Below are positions 30,260-42,256 of a stretch of 64,000 bases of DNA, piece after piece. Origin of the DNA: a bacterium. Lineage in GTDB: Bacteria; Patescibacteriota; Microgenomatia; Levybacterales; UBA12049. The stretch spans positions 15 to 64,014 of the forward strand of contig JAKALN010000001.1 of the NCBI GenBank assembly GCA_021824155.1, given 5' to 3'. The notes below the pieces were generated by a model, which had not been told where the DNA came from, made no database searches, and saw only the letters and a list, made by a program, of their open reading frames with translations. How positions within the stretch are numbered: position 1 is the stretch's first letter; every line of letters starts with the position of its first letter. The position numbers and the translations under genes were made by a program.

Positions 30260-30739
30260 ATGGCTATTGCAGAAGCCCCAGGAAACTTCTTTCCCGGTTA
30301 CCGGGATATATCTGCTCTCTCTCAAGAACAATTAGCAAGAATCGAACAAGGCAATAGGGCTCATAGGCTGGGAAGAAAGTCTGAAATAAAAGCAGCATCT
30401 GCTCTTGAAGGATTGAAAGTAAATGGAGAAAGGGTCATTGAAAGCGTAACAAGAAATGAATGGGGAGGAGAAGAAGATGCAATGGGTCACGATTTAACTC
30501 TGGAAACAGTTATTGGACCTGTTTGGGTTCAGGTTAAATCAAGCGAGGAAGGAATGGAAGATTTTATGGCTCAAGAAGGAGAAAGATTATCAAAACTTGG
30601 TATTAAAATGTCTGTAAGAGAATCTTTTGCCAGAAGAAGACTCGTACTTTTAAATGGAAATAGAAGCAGAGATGATATTGCAAGAAATTTTCTGTTACAA
30701 TTCAAAAAAATACAAAGAGTTGTTGCCCAAGTAGCTTAG
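30260..30739 (+). CDS. hypothetical protein, possible PD-(D/E)XK nuclease fold
   Basis: G..SE helix ... D..G.D ... VWVQVKS pattern. Confidence 0.55.
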   Translation: MAIAEAPGNFFPGYRDISALSQEQLARIEQGNRAHRLGRKSEIKAASALEGLKVNGERVIESVTRNEWGGEEDAMGHDLTLETVIGPVWVQVKSSEEGMEDFMAQEGERLSKLGIKMSVRESFARRRLVLLNGNRSRDDIARNFLLQFKKIQRVVAQVA

Positions 30740-31047
30740 GATTTAGGATTTCTAATAGGACGCCAAGCTTGTCTTTTCTCCGATTTAAATATAATTGTTT
30801 CGGGAGCTCTAAAAATAATCTGATATATTTTAGGAACATGAACGCGCGCTTCTCTTCCTATTCGAAGATGTCCCCTTGTTCCGTCTTTATGCTCTATTAG
30901 TTGAGCTCTGAAATCATTATATCTATCGATATCTCTATTTGTTGATCCGCCGCTTAACGCGCGTGAGGTAATTTCCGGCAGCTCTCTAATAATTACATCT
31001 AAAGCCTCCTGAGGATCTTGAGTTACTATTTCTATCGGTGAACGCAT
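30736..31047 (-). CDS. hypothetical protein
   Basis: 103 aa ORF starting 6 nt after the fusA stop. Confidence 0.5.
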   Translation of the reverse strand: MRSPIEIVTQDPQEALDVIIRELPEITSRALSGGSTNRDIDRYNDFRAQLIEHKDGTRGHLRIGREARVHVPKIYQIIFRAPETIIFKSEKRQAWRPIRNPKS

Positions 31048-31053
31048 TGTTTT

Positions 31054-33159
31054 TTATTCTACTCTTCCCGTAAATGTGGATTTTGCAAGCATCCCCTCGA
31101 CAATATTTCGTGGAACTTCCTCATAATGAGAAGGTTCCATATAATAAGAGGCACGCCCCTGGGACATAGACCGCAACGTTGTTGCGTATCCGGAAAGCTC
31201 TGCCAAAGGAACCATTGCCAAAATAACTGTTGCTTTTCCTCTTTCCTCGGTTCCCATAATCTGTGCCCTTTTTGCGGACAAATCTCCTATTACGTCTCCC
31301 ATAAATTCACTTGGAGTTGTTACTTCAACTTTCATAATAGGCTCCAAAAGCGCCATATCCGCTTTTTTAGAAGCTGCCTGCAAAGCCTGAGATGCGGCAA
31401 TTTTAAAAGCAACTTCCGAAGAATCAACCTCGTGAAAAGAACCGTCATAAACCGTCACTTCCATATCCACCACCGGGTAACCCAAAAGTATTCCGTTTTC
31501 CAGTGTTTCCTTTACTCCCTTTTCAATCGCTTTAATAAACTCTGCCGGAATTGCTCCTCCCTTAATTGCGTCCACAAATTCGTATCCTTCACCTCTTGGC
31601 TTAGGTTTAATCCTTAACCAGCAGTGTCCGTACTGGCCTCTTCCTCCGGACTGCCTTATATATTTTCCTTCCCCTTCGGCTTCCTGTTTGATTGTTTCTT
31701 TATATGCTACCTGGGGCGCTCCTACATTTGCCAAAACACTGAATTCCCTTTTCATCCTGTCAACCATAATTTCAAGCTGTAATTCTCCCATTCCCGAAAT
31801 TATTGTCTGTCCGGTCTCGTGGTTTGTTTTTATTCTAAATGTAGGGTCTTCTTCGGAAAGCCTTTTTAAGGCAAATCCGAGCTTTTCCTGGTCAGCTTTT
31901 GTTTTAGGTTCAATGGCAAGCGAAATAACCGGCTCCGGAAAAGTAATCTGCTCTAAAATAACCGGGGCTTTTTCTTCACAAAGAGTATCTCCTGTTCCTG
32001 TTTCTTTAAGGCCAACCAATGCAACTATTTCTCCGGCATAAGCTTCTTTAATTTCTTCCCTGTGGTTTGCGTGCATTAAAAGAATACGTCCGACTCTTTC
32101 GGTTTGGTTTTTTGAACTGTTATAAATATAAGAACCTGCCACAACTTTTCCGGAATAAACTCTGAAATAAGTTAACTTTCCTACATGAGGGTCAATTTGT
32201 ATTTTAAAAGCCAGTCCTGCCGTGGGCTCTGTTGCTTCCGGTTTTCTTTTTTCTGTTTCCCCCGTTTTTGGGTTATGCCCTTCGACTTCTCCTACATCTA
32301 AAGGAGAAGGAAGATAATCTACAACCGCGTCAAGTAAAGGCTGTACGCCTTTATTCCTTAAAGACGAGCCTGCAAAAATAGGGACAAGTTTATAAGCAAT
32401 AACCGCTCTTCTTAAGGCCGCTTTTAATTCGTCGTTTGAAATTTCTTCGTTATTTAAATATTTTTCTATTAAGATATCATCTGTTTCCGCTATTTTTTCA
32501 ACCAGTTTATGCCTGTATTCTTTTACCTGCTCTTTCATCTCTTCGGGAATTTCGTCTTTTACTTCAAATTTTGCCCCCAACTCTTCCCCTCCCCAAATAT
32601 AAGACTTCATATCCAAGAGATGAACTATCCCTTTAAATGTTGATTCAGCGCCTATTGGCAAAACCATTATCAAAGGGTTTGCCCCCAAGCGGTCCTCGAT
32701 ACTTTTTACGGTTGCTAAGAAATCCGCCCCTAATTTATCCATTTTATTTACAAAACAAAGCCTCGGTACTTTATATTTATCCGCCTGCCTCCAGACAGTT
32801 TCGGACTGCGACTGTACTCCTTCTTCCGCGTCCAAAACAGTAATTCCTCCGTCTAAAACCCTAAGGGACCTTTCTACTTCTGCCGTAAAATCAACGTGTC
32901 CGGGAGTATCTATAATATTTATCCTGTAATCGTGCCAGAATGCGGTTGTAGCGGCCGAGACAATTGTTATTCCTCTTTCTCTTTCCTGTTCCATCCAGTC
33001 CATCTGGGTATTCCCTTCGTCAATGTCTCCTATTTTGTAGGTTTTTCCCGTATAAAAAAGAATACGCTCGGTAGTAGTTGTTTTACCCGCGTCAATATGG
33101 GCAATGATACCAATATTTCTTACTTTGTCTAATGTTTTAAGCCTGTCTTCTTGTGCCAT
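31054..33159 (-). CDS. fusA: elongation factor G
   Basis: [36 protein letters not shown]. Confidence 0.99.
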   Translation of the reverse strand: MAQEDRLKTLDKVRNIGIIAHIDAGKTTTTERILFYTGKTYKIGDIDEGNTQMDWMEQERERGITIVSAATTAFWHDYRINIIDTPGHVDFTAEVERSLRVLDGGITVLDAEEGVQSQSETVWRQADKYKVPRLCFVNKMDKLGADFLATVKSIEDRLGANPLIMVLPIGAESTFKGIVHLLDMKSYIWGGEELGAKFEVKDEIPEEMKEQVKEYRHKLVEKIAETDDILIEKYLNNEEISNDELKAALRRAVIAYKLVPIFAGSSLRNKGVQPLLDAVVDYLPSPLDVGEVEGHNPKTGETEKRKPEATEPTAGLAFKIQIDPHVGKLTYFRVYSGKVVAGSYIYNSSKNQTERVGRILLMHANHREEIKEAYAGEIVALVGLKETGTGDTLCEEKAPVILEQITFPEPVISLAIEPKTKADQEKLGFALKRLSEEDPTFRIKTNHETGQTIISGMGELQLEIMVDRMKREFSVLANVGAPQVAYKETIKQEAEGEGKYIRQSGGRGQYGHCWLRIKPKPRGEGYEFVDAIKGGAIPAEFIKAIEKGVKETLENGILLGYPVVDMEVTVYDGSFHEVDSSEVAFKIAASQALQAASKKADMALLEPIMKVEVTTPSEFMGDVIGDLSAKRAQIMGTEERGKATVILAMVPLAELSGYATTLRSMSQGRASYYMEPSHYEEVPRNIVEGMLAKSTFTGRVE

Positions 33160-33222
33160 ATAATAACCTTAAAAAAACTCTCCCTCCTGGAAGAGCCATA
33201 AAATTATAGCATAAATACCACT

Positions 33223-33705
33223 CTATTGGCTAGTGTTTTCAGCGGTTAAGCGGGATAGAAGTTTTTCTGCTTCCGTTACAGCTAATTTATCGTCTTCGCC
33301 TTTGTCCAGGGTAGTGATTGTATCCTCAGGACCCAAATATGGGTCGATTCTTGTTCTTTCAAAAGTTACATATGCTTCTGTTGGTAAAGGAGCAAGTTGT
33401 ATGTCTAAGGATTCTTCTATTGTGTTTCCCGGAGCCTCCGGAGTATCGGCCCTTACTTTTAAAAATCCGTCTTCTCCTTGAGAATAGGAAAAATCATATT
33501 CTGTTTCTCCTCTTGTAGCCCTAAAAGAGATTCCAGACTCGTCTTCAAGTGCGAATTTTCTTTCGCGCATAGCCTCTAAAGCTTTTAAATACGACCCCTT
33601 AAGTTCTTTTGCTCGAGCCTTCAATTGCTCTCCCACTGTTAACCACTCGGTTGGCTTTTGCGCTTCATTAGGTGATTGTCCTTCCCCTTTTGGCTCGTTG
33701 TCCAT
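33223..33705 (-). CDS. acidic hypothetical protein inserted between rpsG and fusA
   Basis: 160 aa ORF, TTGACT-16-TATAAT with the ATG 6 nt downstream. Confidence 0.65.
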   Translation of the reverse strand: MDNEPKGEGQSPNEAQKPTEWLTVGEQLKARAKELKGSYLKALEAMRERKFALEDESGISFRATRGETEYDFSYSQGEDGFLKVRADTPEAPGNTIEESLDIQLAPLPTEAYVTFERTRIDPYLGPEDTITTLDKGEDDKLAVTEAEKLLSRLTAENTSQ

Positions 33706-33762
33706 AAAAATATTATATGCCTATATTTTTAAAAGTCAAAATGTGATGAAGGTTTCTGAAGA

Positions 33763-34236
33763 TTAAAATCTAAAATGGGAGAAGGCCCTGTTTGCCTCGG
33801 CCATCCTAAGAACGGTGTCTCTTTTCTTAACAGCTGCGCCGGCGTTTTCTGAAGCATCTAAAAATTCTGCTGCCAATTTTTCGGAAAAAGTTTTGTAGTC
33901 TTTGTTGGACCTTGCGCGGGCTGCTTCCACAATCCACCTTATTGCCAAAGAAGTTCTTCTGTCTCCCCTTACTTCCGTAGGAACCTGATAATTTGCTCCT
34001 CCGACTCTTCTTGATTTAACTTCGGTCTTAGGGCCTACGTTTGAAATTGCTGTTTCAAAAACTTCAAGGGCGTTTTTTTCTTTGCTTTCCAATATTTTAA
34101 AAGAATCGTAAAAAACTTTTTCCGCAACCGATTTTTTGCCGTCTTTCATTATATCGTTAATAAATTTGGCAACAAGTAGGTTTCCGTAAAGCTTGTCGTT
34201 TTCAATCTGTCTTTTTTGTACTTTTTTATGACGCAT
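33763..34236 (-). CDS. rpsG: 30S ribosomal protein uS7
   Basis: MK.GKKS.AE, EVKSRRVGGANYQVP, MAEANRAFSHFR; start ATG 34236. Confidence 0.98.
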   Translation of the reverse strand: MRHKKVQKRQIENDKLYGNLLVAKFINDIMKDGKKSVAEKVFYDSFKILESKEKNALEVFETAISNVGPKTEVKSRRVGGANYQVPTEVRGDRRTSLAIRWIVEAARARSNKDYKTFSEKLAAEFLDASENAGAAVKKRDTVLRMAEANRAFSHFRF

Positions 34237-34237
34237 A

Positions 34238-34723
34238 TTAGGCTGCTCCTCCTTCTGCGGGTGCCGCCGGTGCTGCTGGCGCAGGCGTTCCTGCCGCAAC
34301 TCTTGGACCGGCTCCTCCGCCTTTCTTTGTTCCGTATTTGCTTCTTGATCTTTTTCTTCCTTCTACTCCCTGCAAGTCAAATTTTCCCCTTACAATGTGA
34401 TATTTAACTCCGGGCAAATCCTTAACCCTTCCGCCCCTGACTAAAACTATTCCGTGTTCGGAAAGCGAATGTCCTATTCCCTGGATATACGCGGTAACTT
34501 CGGTTCTGTTTGAGAGCTTTACTCTTGCAACTTTTCTCAAAGCCGAATTAGGTTTTTTAGGAGTCATCGTTTTAACCAATGTAACAACCCCTCTTTTTTG
34601 AGGAGATGCAACAGAGGTATAAACTCTGTCTTTTGCATTAAAAAGACGCCTAAGGCCTGTTGACCTTACTTTTTTAGTCTTTCTTTTTCTTCCTTTTTTA
34701 GCAAGTTGTGATAATGTCGGCAT
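34238..34723 (-). CDS. rpsL: 30S ribosomal protein uS12 with Ala/Pro-rich tail
   Basis: [31 protein letters not shown]. Confidence 0.98.
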   Translation of the reverse strand: MPTLSQLAKKGRKRKTKKVRSTGLRRLFNAKDRVYTSVASPQKRGVVTLVKTMTPKKPNSALRKVARVKLSNRTEVTAYIQGIGHSLSEHGIVLVRGGRVKDLPGVKYHIVRGKFDLQGVEGRKRSRSKYGTKKGGGAGPRVAAGTPAPAAPAAPAEGGAA

Positions 34724-34732
34724 ATATTTTTT

Positions 34733-34797
34733 AAAATCCTAAATTTAAAATCCTAAATCCTAAAAGTTTAGAGTTTAGATATTGGTGTTTAGTGCTT
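34733..34797. repeat. heptamer-periodic palindrome (rpoC-rpsL spacer)
   Basis: AATCCTA AATTTAA AATCCTA AATCCTA ... TTTAGAG TTTAGAT ATTGGTG TTTAGTG. Confidence 0.65.
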
Positions 34798-34804
34798 CGC
34801 ACTA

Positions 34805-37800
34805 TTATACCTCAACGGCTTCGTTGGCTACAACCGGAATAAGCCTTCCGATAATAACGTTTTCCTTAAGGCCTACAAGCTTATCCTCTGCTCCCTCCAA
34901 AGCTGCTTCTGTTAATACTTTTGTTGTCTCCTGGAACGAAGATGCCGAAAGCCATGAATCCGAGAACAGCGAAGACTTTGTAATACCAAGGATTATCTGC
35001 CTTGCGGTTGCAGGCTCTCCTCCCTGGGACAATACTTCGGCGTTTATTTCCTCAAACCTCGTCCTGGTTATGAAATCTCCGGGAATAAGGGCTGTGTCTC
35101 CGACAGTTTCTACTATTACTTTGTCGGACATTTTTCGCAAAATTACTTCAAAATGTTTATCGTTTATACCGATTCCCTGGGATTCATAAACTTTTTGGGC
35201 TTCGTTTATTATGTATCTTTGCGCACCGAGCAAATCTTTTACTTTTAATATTTCCTTAGGATCAAGATATCCTTGGGCAAGCTGGGCTCCAACTCCTATT
35301 TCGTCTCCTTCGGAAACCATCAAAGTCGAAGCAAGGGGAACAAAATATTCTCTTTCTTCGTTTGGTTTTACCCTTGAGTTTTTAACCCTTATTACATATC
35401 CGTCTTCTGTTGTTTCTATGCTTACTTTTCCTGCTACATCGGAAATAGGAGAAAGGTTTTTGGGAGTTCTCATTTCGAAAAGTTCCTCAACCCTTGGCAA
35501 ACCTTGCGTAACGTCGCTCATTACAACCCCTCCGAAATGTCTGACCCTCATTGTAAGCTGTGTTCCCGGCTCTCCGATTGACTGGGCTGCAACTACTCCT
35601 ACGGGTACTCCAAGTTCTACATTTTTCCTGTTGGAAAAATCCCAGCCGTAGCATCTTACGCAAATTCCGTATTCAAGCTTACAGGTAATCGGGCTTCTTA
35701 CAACAACTTCCTCAATTTCGCTGTCTAGAATTGCTTTTACTTTTGCTTCGGTAATTTCTTCTCCCGCTTTTACAATTTCTTTTTTATTTTTCTTGGAAAC
35801 TATATGCGTTGCCGCAAATCTTCCCAAAAGCCTGTCTCCGAATGCGGCCGTTCTGTCGAGTTCGTTTGCGGATATTAATATTCCGTCCTTTGTACCGCAG
35901 TCATCCGACCTTATTATTACGTCGTGGGAAACATCAACAAGCCTTCTTGTTAAATAACCGGCATTTGCGGTTTTCAAAGCAGAGTCGGTAAGTCCTTTTC
36001 TCGAACCTCTTGCACTTGCAACGTACTCAAAGATTGAAAGTCCCTGTCTGAAGTTTGATTTAATAGGAAGTTCAACAATCTTTCCCAAAGGATCAAGAAT
36101 AAGTCCTCTCATGGCGGAAAGCTGTTTTAACTGTTCTTTTCCTGCTCTTGCTCCCTCGGAATCGATAATAACCCTAATCATGTTTTCTTTGTTAAGGTTA
36201 TTCCATGTAAGATTTGCGAGCTCATCTGTTGTTTTTAGCCATATTTCGTTTGAGAGCCTTTTTCTTTCGTCAATTGTAATAAGACCTTCCTGATAATCTT
36301 TTTCTACTCCCGAAACTTTACCTTCGGCTTCATTTATTAATTTTCCTTTTTGGGGCACCATTGTGTTGTCAAAAACCGAAACCGAAATTCCCGAAATTGT
36401 GGAACCGAAGAAACCTAAGGATTTTATATTATCTATTAAATCCGCTACCTCATCGGACGTGCAGAGAGAAATTGCTTTTGTAACAAGCTTTTTTATTCCC
36501 GATGCCTTAACGGGTTCGTTTATAAAGCCCAGAGCTTCGGGAAGCCTTTCGTTAAACATAAGCCTTCCAAGCGTTGTTTCAACAAGTTTTCCTTCAACCC
36601 TTACATTTATCGGTTCCCTTAAAGTTATTCTCCCGAAGGAATTAGACAAAAGCGCTTCGTGATAATCGGCAAAAGTCGGCAATTCTTCTTTTCTGGAAGT
36701 CTCATCAAGAGACGTTATATAAAATACTCCGACTGCCATTTCTTTGTTGGGAAGAGTAATCGGGCTTCCGTCTGCCGGCTTTAAAAGATTATTTCTTGGC
36801 ATCATAAGCTGTATTGCCTCTTCCTGGGCTTTTTGCGAAAGAGGAATATGTACTGCCATCTGGTCTCCGTCAAAGTCCGCGTTATATCCGGCGCAGACAC
36901 AAGGATGCAAAGAAATTGCAGAACCTTCGGTTAATACCGGATAAAAAGCCTGAATACCAAGTTTGTGCAAAGTGGGTGCGCGGTTTAGCAAAACAGGATG
37001 GTTTTTTGTGATTTCTTCCAAAATATCGAATACTTCAGGAGGCCTTTTTTCTATAAATCTTTTTGCAGACTTTATATTTGGGGCAAAACCTCTTAAAATT
37101 ACTTCCCGCAAAACAAAAGGTTTAAACATTTCCAATGCCATTTCCTTGGGAAGTCCGCACTGGGAAATGTTAAGCTGGGGCCCTACAACAATTACGCTTC
37201 GGCCGCTATAATCAACCCTTTTTCCTAAAAGGTTTTGCCTGAATCTTCCCTGTTTTCCTCTTAACATATCGGACAACGACCTTAAAGGCGATGCTACAAA
37301 CTGACCGCTTCGTTGCGATGCGTCAATTAAAGAATCAACGGATTCCTGGAGCATTCTTTTTTCGTTTCGCAAAATTATTTCGGGAGCCCCCAAGGAAATT
37401 AAATGCCTCAAACGGTTATTTCTATTAATTACTCTTCTGTACAAATCGTTTAAGTCAGATGTAGCAAATCTTCCTCCCGCAAGCTGTACCATAGGCCTTA
37501 AATCCGGAGGGATAACGGGCAAAACCGTAAATACCATGTTGGCCGGGGATACTCCCGCTTCTCTCATGGCCTCTATTAGCCTTAATCTTTTAATAACCTT
37601 TAAGTATTTCTGTCCCTTTGACTTTTCCGCTTCCGCTCTTAAAGATATAATAAGACCCGCCAAATCGATTTTATTTACAAGCTCCATTAGTCCTTCCGCG
37701 CCTGTTTTTATTGTGAAGAAAACGGGAATATCGTATTCCAGAATTTTGTAGTATTCGTCTTCGGATAAAACGCTTCCGACTTTAAGGCTTTTCAAAAGCC

Positions 37801-38521
37801 TTGAAAGCGCGTCGGAAATTTCTTCGAGTTTTTTGTTTTCCGCTTCAAATCTTTCTTTAAGCCTTGCCAGCCTTTGCCTTTTCTGGAGCTCCAGCTCTTC
37901 TGCTATTAAGGTTTTTTGTTCGCCTTTAACCTTAACGTCTTTTGAATCTTTTTTCTTTTCCGCCATTTCTTTCTCGACCTTTTTTTCTTCTTCGTCCATT
38001 TCCCTTTTCTGCTCGGCTTTTCTATCGTCTATTGTTTTGTTAAGGGTGGAAAGGGCCTCTTTTTTCTTGTCTTCGTCTATTCCGACAACCAAATATGAAG
38101 CGTAGTAAATAACAGATTCCAAATTTTTCTGGGACATATCCAGAATTAAAGACAAAGGAGAAGACGAACCTTTAAAAAACCAAACGTGCGCAACGGGAGC
38201 CGCAATTGTAATATGGCCCATTCTTTCTCTTCTAACCCTTGAAAGTGTTACTTCGACTCCGCATTTATCACAGATAATCCCCCTGTTTCTGATTCTTTTG
38301 TATTTTCCGCAGTAACATTCCCAGTCTTTTGTGGGTCCGAAAATTCTTTCGTCAAAAAGTCCGTCTTTTTCAGGCCTTAATGTCCTATAATTGATTGTCT
38401 CCGGTTTTGTAACCTCTCCGTACGACCAGGAAAGAATATCTTCTTTGCTTGCCAATAATATTTTTAAGGCTTTAAAATCCAAAACTGTAATATCTTTCAT
38501 TTTTTTATTATCGTTATTCAT
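34805..38521 (-). CDS. rpoC: RNA polymerase beta' subunit
   Basis: N-terminal Zn finger, [12 protein letters not shown] catalytic motif, [28 protein letters not shown]. Confidence 0.99.
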   Translation of the reverse strand: MNNDNKKMKDITVLDFKALKILLASKEDILSWSYGEVTKPETINYRTLRPEKDGLFDERIFGPTKDWECYCGKYKRIRNRGIICDKCGVEVTLSRVRRERMGHITIAAPVAHVWFFKGSSSPLSLILDMSQKNLESVIYYASYLVVGIDEDKKKEALSTLNKTIDDRKAEQKREMDEEEKKVEKEMAEKKKDSKDVKVKGEQKTLIAEELELQKRQRLARLKERFEAENKKLEEISDALSRLLKSLKVGSVLSEDEYYKILEYDIPVFFTIKTGAEGLMELVNKIDLAGLIISLRAEAEKSKGQKYLKVIKRLRLIEAMREAGVSPANMVFTVLPVIPPDLRPMVQLAGGRFATSDLNDLYRRVINRNNRLRHLISLGAPEIILRNEKRMLQESVDSLIDASQRSGQFVASPLRSLSDMLRGKQGRFRQNLLGKRVDYSGRSVIVVGPQLNISQCGLPKEMALEMFKPFVLREVILRGFAPNIKSAKRFIEKRPPEVFDILEEITKNHPVLLNRAPTLHKLGIQAFYPVLTEGSAISLHPCVCAGYNADFDGDQMAVHIPLSQKAQEEAIQLMMPRNNLLKPADGSPITLPNKEMAVGVFYITSLDETSRKEELPTFADYHEALLSNSFGRITLREPINVRVEGKLVETTLGRLMFNERLPEALGFINEPVKASGIKKLVTKAISLCTSDEVADLIDNIKSLGFFGSTISGISVSVFDNTMVPQKGKLINEAEGKVSGVEKDYQEGLITIDERKRLSNEIWLKTTDELANLTWNNLNKENMIRVIIDSEGARAGKEQLKQLSAMRGLILDPLGKIVELPIKSNFRQGLSIFEYVASARGSRKGLTDSALKTANAGYLTRRLVDVSHDVIIRSDDCGTKDGILISANELDRTAAFGDRLLGRFAATHIVSKKNKKEIVKAGEEITEAKVKAILDSEIEEVVVRSPITCKLEYGICVRCYGWDFSNRKNVELGVPVGVVAAQSIGEPGTQLTMRVRHFGGVVMSDVTQGLPRVEELFEMRTPKNLSPISDVAGKVSIETTEDGYVIRVKNSRVKPNEEREYFVPLASTLMVSEGDEIGVGAQLAQGYLDPKEILKVKDLLGAQRYIINEAQKVYESQGIGINDKHFEVILRKMSDKVIVETVGDTALIPGDFITRTRFEEINAEVLSQGGEPATARQIILGITKSSLFSDSWLSASSFQETTKVLTEAALEGAEDKLVGLKENVIIGRLIPVVANEAVEV

Positions 38522-41500
38522 TTTTTTCTCCTTCTTCCGCTATTTCTTCGGCATCTTCTACGGCTTTTTCATCGGAGGGAGTTTCTTCTCCGCTTAAACT
38601 TAACCCTTCTTCCCCTCCGGATACTCCTTCGGTTTGGCCTCCAAGCTCTTCCTGGAGTTCTTTTGCTTCTCCTTCTGCTTTTTCCTCGGCTTTTTCCTCG
38701 GCGGGTGTTTCATTCACCGGAATATCAAGCGGTTTATCCGAAATTGTAGCCCCCATAGGAACAACGTTAAGCCCCAGTGCCTGAAGTTCTTTTATCAAAA
38801 CTTTAAACGATTCCGGAACTTTGGGTGTTGGAATATCTGTCCCCTTAACAATGGCTTCAAAAGCTTTTGCTCTTCCGACAACGTCGTCCGATTTAATTGT
38901 AAGCATTTCCTGCAAAGTGTACCTTGCCCTGTGTGATTCTAAGGCCCAGACCTCCATCTCCCCCAACCTTTGTCCTCCCATTTGCGCTTTTCCTCCCAAA
39001 GGCTGCTGAGTAACCAAAGAATATGGACCTGTCGAACGCGCATGGGTTTTGTCTTCGACCATGTGGATAAGCTTCATTACGTATTCTATCCCTACAACCG
39101 CGGGATTTTCATAGGGTTCTCCTGTTCTTCCGTCGTAAAGAATTGCTTTTCCGTTTACGGGAAGACCTGCTCTTTTAAGCTCGTCAACAATCCTGTTTTC
39201 TTCAACTTCCTCAAAAACCGGCACTCCGACTTTTGAGCTTAAGCTCGATTGCGCCCAGCCCAAATGCGCTTCCAAGAGCTGTCCCAAATTCATACGGGCG
39301 AGTACCGAAATAGGCGAAATTATAATGTCAACCGCTGTTCCGTCTGCCAAATGGGGCATATCGACTTCGGGCAAAATTCTTGATATGACTCCTTTATTTC
39401 CGTGTCTTCCGGCAAGCTTGTCTCCGATTACAACGTGCCTAAACTGCGCTACTTCAACGAGTATTTTTCTTATTGTTCCGGGCTCCAATTCGTCGCCTTT
39501 TTTCCTGTCTAATATCTGAACACTTATAACTGTTCCTCTTTCTCCATGGGGCATTCTTAAAGATGTATCCCTTACTTCTCTTGCCTGTTCTCCGAATATT
39601 GCTCTTAAAAGTCTTTCTTCCGCTGTTAATTCGGTTTCGCCTTTTGGAGCTATTTTTCCGACAATTATGTCTCCGGGCCCTACCAAACTTCCGACAACGA
39701 CTATTCCGTCTTCGTCCAAATTAGCCAAATCTTCCTCGGAAACGTTTGGAATATCCCTGGTTGTTTCTTCGGGCCCTAATTTTGTCTCTACAACCGCTGC
39801 TTCGTATTTTTCAATGTGGATGGAAGACAAAATATCTTCTTTAACAAGCCTTTCCGAAATTACAATTCCGTCTTCGTATCCTAATCCGTCAAAAGATGTG
39901 TAAGCAATTGTAAGGTTTTGTCCCAAAGCCAGTTCTCCGTTGTCGGAAGCGGGTCCGTCAACAAGCAAATCTCCTTTTTTGACTTTTGCGCCTGTCTTAA
40001 CTACCGTTGTCTGCGTATAAGAAGTTGCCTGGGATGTCCTTTTAAATGAATCTACGTAATATGTTGCTTCTTCCTTTGGGCTTTTTCCTTTGATTGTAAC
40101 TTTGTTTGCATCGGCAAAAGTGATTGTCCCGTCATAGGGTGCAGTTATAACTCTTCCCATAACCGCGGAAATTGCTTTTTCCATGCCTGTTCCTACAACA
40201 GGACTTGCGGGTTTTACCAAGGGAACAGCCTGACACTGCATATGGGTACCCATTAAAGCCCTGTTTGCTTCATCATGGCTTATAAAAGGAATTAAAGATG
40301 CGGCAGAACCTACAACCTGCCTTGGGGCAACGTCAACATATTCAACGTTTTCCCTTTCGGTTTCTATAAATTCGCCCTTGTATCTTGCGGCGACTCTGTC
40401 TTCTTCTATTGTATCTTTATCCGTTAATGCTCCCGAATGGGTTATATAATGCTCTCTTTCGTCGTCTGCGGCCATAAAAACCATTTCGTTTGTCGCTTTG
40501 GAAACAATGTTATTGCCGTGTTTTTCGTGGACAACTTTCCTGTACGGGCTTTCCAAAAATCCGAATTCGTTAACTTTTGAATATAAAGCCATATATGTAA
40601 CCAAACCGATATTCGGTCCCTCGGGGCTTCTGATGGGACAAATTCTTCCGTACTGGGAAGAATTGATATCGCGGATAGAAAAAGCCGCTCTTTCTCTTGA
40701 AATTCCGCCCGTTCCCATAACTGTTAAACGGTTTAAGTTGTCTATTTCGGATAACGGGTTTGTCTGGTCTAAAATTGTGGAAAGCTGGGAGGTCCTGAAG
40801 AATTCGTTAATTGCTGCCATAATAGGCCTTGCGTTAATAAGTCCTGCAATGGAAACCGGAACGTCCGGCTGGATTAATGTCATTCTTTCTTTTATGCTTC
40901 GCTCTAACCTTAATACTCCGATTCTAAATGCCGTTGCGGCAACCAATTCTCCTACGCACCTAACACGTCTGTTTGCCAGCGAATCTATATCGTCAACTCC
41001 GTCTTTCCCCTGAGCCAAACCTATTAAAAAGCTCATTGCCCCGATAATATCGTTAACGGTTAATATCTTTGTATCTTTATCCGCCGGTTCAAATCCGGGT
41101 GTTCCCGCAAGTTTTTTATTTATCTTATATCTTCCCACTTCTCCCAAATCGTATCTTCTGTTGTTAAAAAACATTCCGTTAAAGTTTTCCCTTACTTTTT
41201 CCAAAACAACCGGTTCTCCGGGATGCATTTTTTTGAATATTTCTATTAAAGCGTCTGTCGAGTCTCCGGTTTCGTCTTTTTGAAGTGTGTTTTCTATAAA
41301 TGAGGTTTTTCCGTCCGCTTCCAAGTCTTTGAATTTTTCTTTTATGTCTTCGTTTGAAGAAATTCCCAGAGCTCTTAAAAAGGTTGATGCCAAAAACTTT
41401 CTTCTTCTGTCTATTTTTACCATTATTGTTTCGTGCCTTGTTGTTGTAAATTCAAGCCAGCTTCCGTGGACGGGCCTGATTTCGGAGGTAAATAAGTTTT

Positions 41501-41981
41501 TACCCGTAACGTTGTCCTGAAGAGCCGTAAAGAAAACTCCCGGGCTTCTTACCAGCTGGTTTACAACTGCTCTTTCTATTCCGTTTACAATAAAGGTCCC
41601 TCTTTCCGTCATCTGGGGAATATCTCCCAAGAATACTTCCTGGTCTATTGTTGAATTTGTTTTTTTATTTATTAAAGTTGCGTTTACGTAAAGGGGGGCG
41701 TCGTAGGTTAAACCTTTGGAAAGAGCAATGTCGGGGGTATTGCTTATCTTTCCAAGCCTGTAATCTTTAAGGACAAGACTCCAGTTTTTTTCCGTAAAAT
41801 CATCGATAGGGGAAATTTCCTGAAGGACCTGGGAAATACCTTTTTCCAAAAACCACTGATATGACTGTTTTTGAATAGCAAGTAAATCAAGTTGCGGTAA
41901 AAGAGAATGGGTTTTACCCCAGTTCTTTCTTGTTACGGTAATGTTATCCTTATTGTCTTTCTTGTCGGTATTTTTAGGCAT
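38514..41981 (-). CDS. rpoB: RNA polymerase beta subunit
   Basis: [52 protein letters not shown]. Confidence 0.99.
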   Translation of the reverse strand: MPKNTDKKDNKDNITVTRKNWGKTHSLLPQLDLLAIQKQSYQWFLEKGISQVLQEISPIDDFTEKNWSLVLKDYRLGKISNTPDIALSKGLTYDAPLYVNATLINKKTNSTIDQEVFLGDIPQMTERGTFIVNGIERAVVNQLVRSPGVFFTALQDNVTGKNLFTSEIRPVHGSWLEFTTTRHETIMVKIDRRRKFLASTFLRALGISSNEDIKEKFKDLEADGKTSFIENTLQKDETGDSTDALIEIFKKMHPGEPVVLEKVRENFNGMFFNNRRYDLGEVGRYKINKKLAGTPGFEPADKDTKILTVNDIIGAMSFLIGLAQGKDGVDDIDSLANRRVRCVGELVAATAFRIGVLRLERSIKERMTLIQPDVPVSIAGLINARPIMAAINEFFRTSQLSTILDQTNPLSEIDNLNRLTVMGTGGISRERAAFSIRDINSSQYGRICPIRSPEGPNIGLVTYMALYSKVNEFGFLESPYRKVVHEKHGNNIVSKATNEMVFMAADDEREHYITHSGALTDKDTIEEDRVAARYKGEFIETERENVEYVDVAPRQVVGSAASLIPFISHDEANRALMGTHMQCQAVPLVKPASPVVGTGMEKAISAVMGRVITAPYDGTITFADANKVTIKGKSPKEEATYYVDSFKRTSQATSYTQTTVVKTGAKVKKGDLLVDGPASDNGELALGQNLTIAYTSFDGLGYEDGIVISERLVKEDILSSIHIEKYEAAVVETKLGPEETTRDIPNVSEEDLANLDEDGIVVVGSLVGPGDIIVGKIAPKGETELTAEERLLRAIFGEQAREVRDTSLRMPHGERGTVISVQILDRKKGDELEPGTIRKILVEVAQFRHVVIGDKLAGRHGNKGVISRILPEVDMPHLADGTAVDIIISPISVLARMNLGQLLEAHLGWAQSSLSSKVGVPVFEEVEENRIVDELKRAGLPVNGKAILYDGRTGEPYENPAVVGIEYVMKLIHMVEDKTHARSTGPYSLVTQQPLGGKAQMGGQRLGEMEVWALESHRARYTLQEMLTIKSDDVVGRAKAFEAIVKGTDIPTPKVPESFKVLIKELQALGLNVVPMGATISDKPLDIPVNETPAEEKAEEKAEGEAKELQEELGGQTEGVSGGEEGLSLSGEETPSDEKAVEDAEEIAEEGEKNE

Positions 41982-42083
41982 TAGTAATTAGAATTCAAGT
42001 AGGATTTATCGTAGGGCACACAACACCAAAAAAAAGGCGCAAGAGTCTTATCCTTGTAAATCCTTTATATATAAAGTGTTGTT

Positions 42084-42113
42084 TTTATACCATACATAAT
42101 TATGGGGTGTCAA
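42084..42113 (-). promoter_or_regulatory. promoter of rpoBC
   Basis: TTGACA-18 nt-(TGG)TATAAA. Confidence 0.55.
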
Positions 42114-42126
42114 GGGGGAATTTTAT

Positions 42127-42246
42127 TTGAGGATGGACACTGGAAACTGGAAGTTCGACCTTGAAGCTGGAAAATAGAAATTGGAAATCTAACTTCCATC
42201 ATCGAACTTCAAATTCTAACTTCTATCATCTATTGTCTACCATCAA
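42127..42246. repeat. empty TTGA...TCAA heptamer palindromic element (copy A)
   Basis: left TTGA GGATGGA CACTGGA AACTGGA AGTTCGA CCTTGA AGCTGGA AAATAGA AATTGGA; right TCTAACT TCCATCA TCGAACT TCAAAT TCTAACT TCTATCA TCTATTG TCTACCA TCAA. Confidence 0.9.
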
Positions 42247-42256
42247 CTAATGAACT

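Noticed and set aside
8720-41520. Many long plus-strand ORFs opposite ribosomal, fusA and rpoBC genes
   Set aside because: Antisense shadows of conserved genes with no motifs or start signals.
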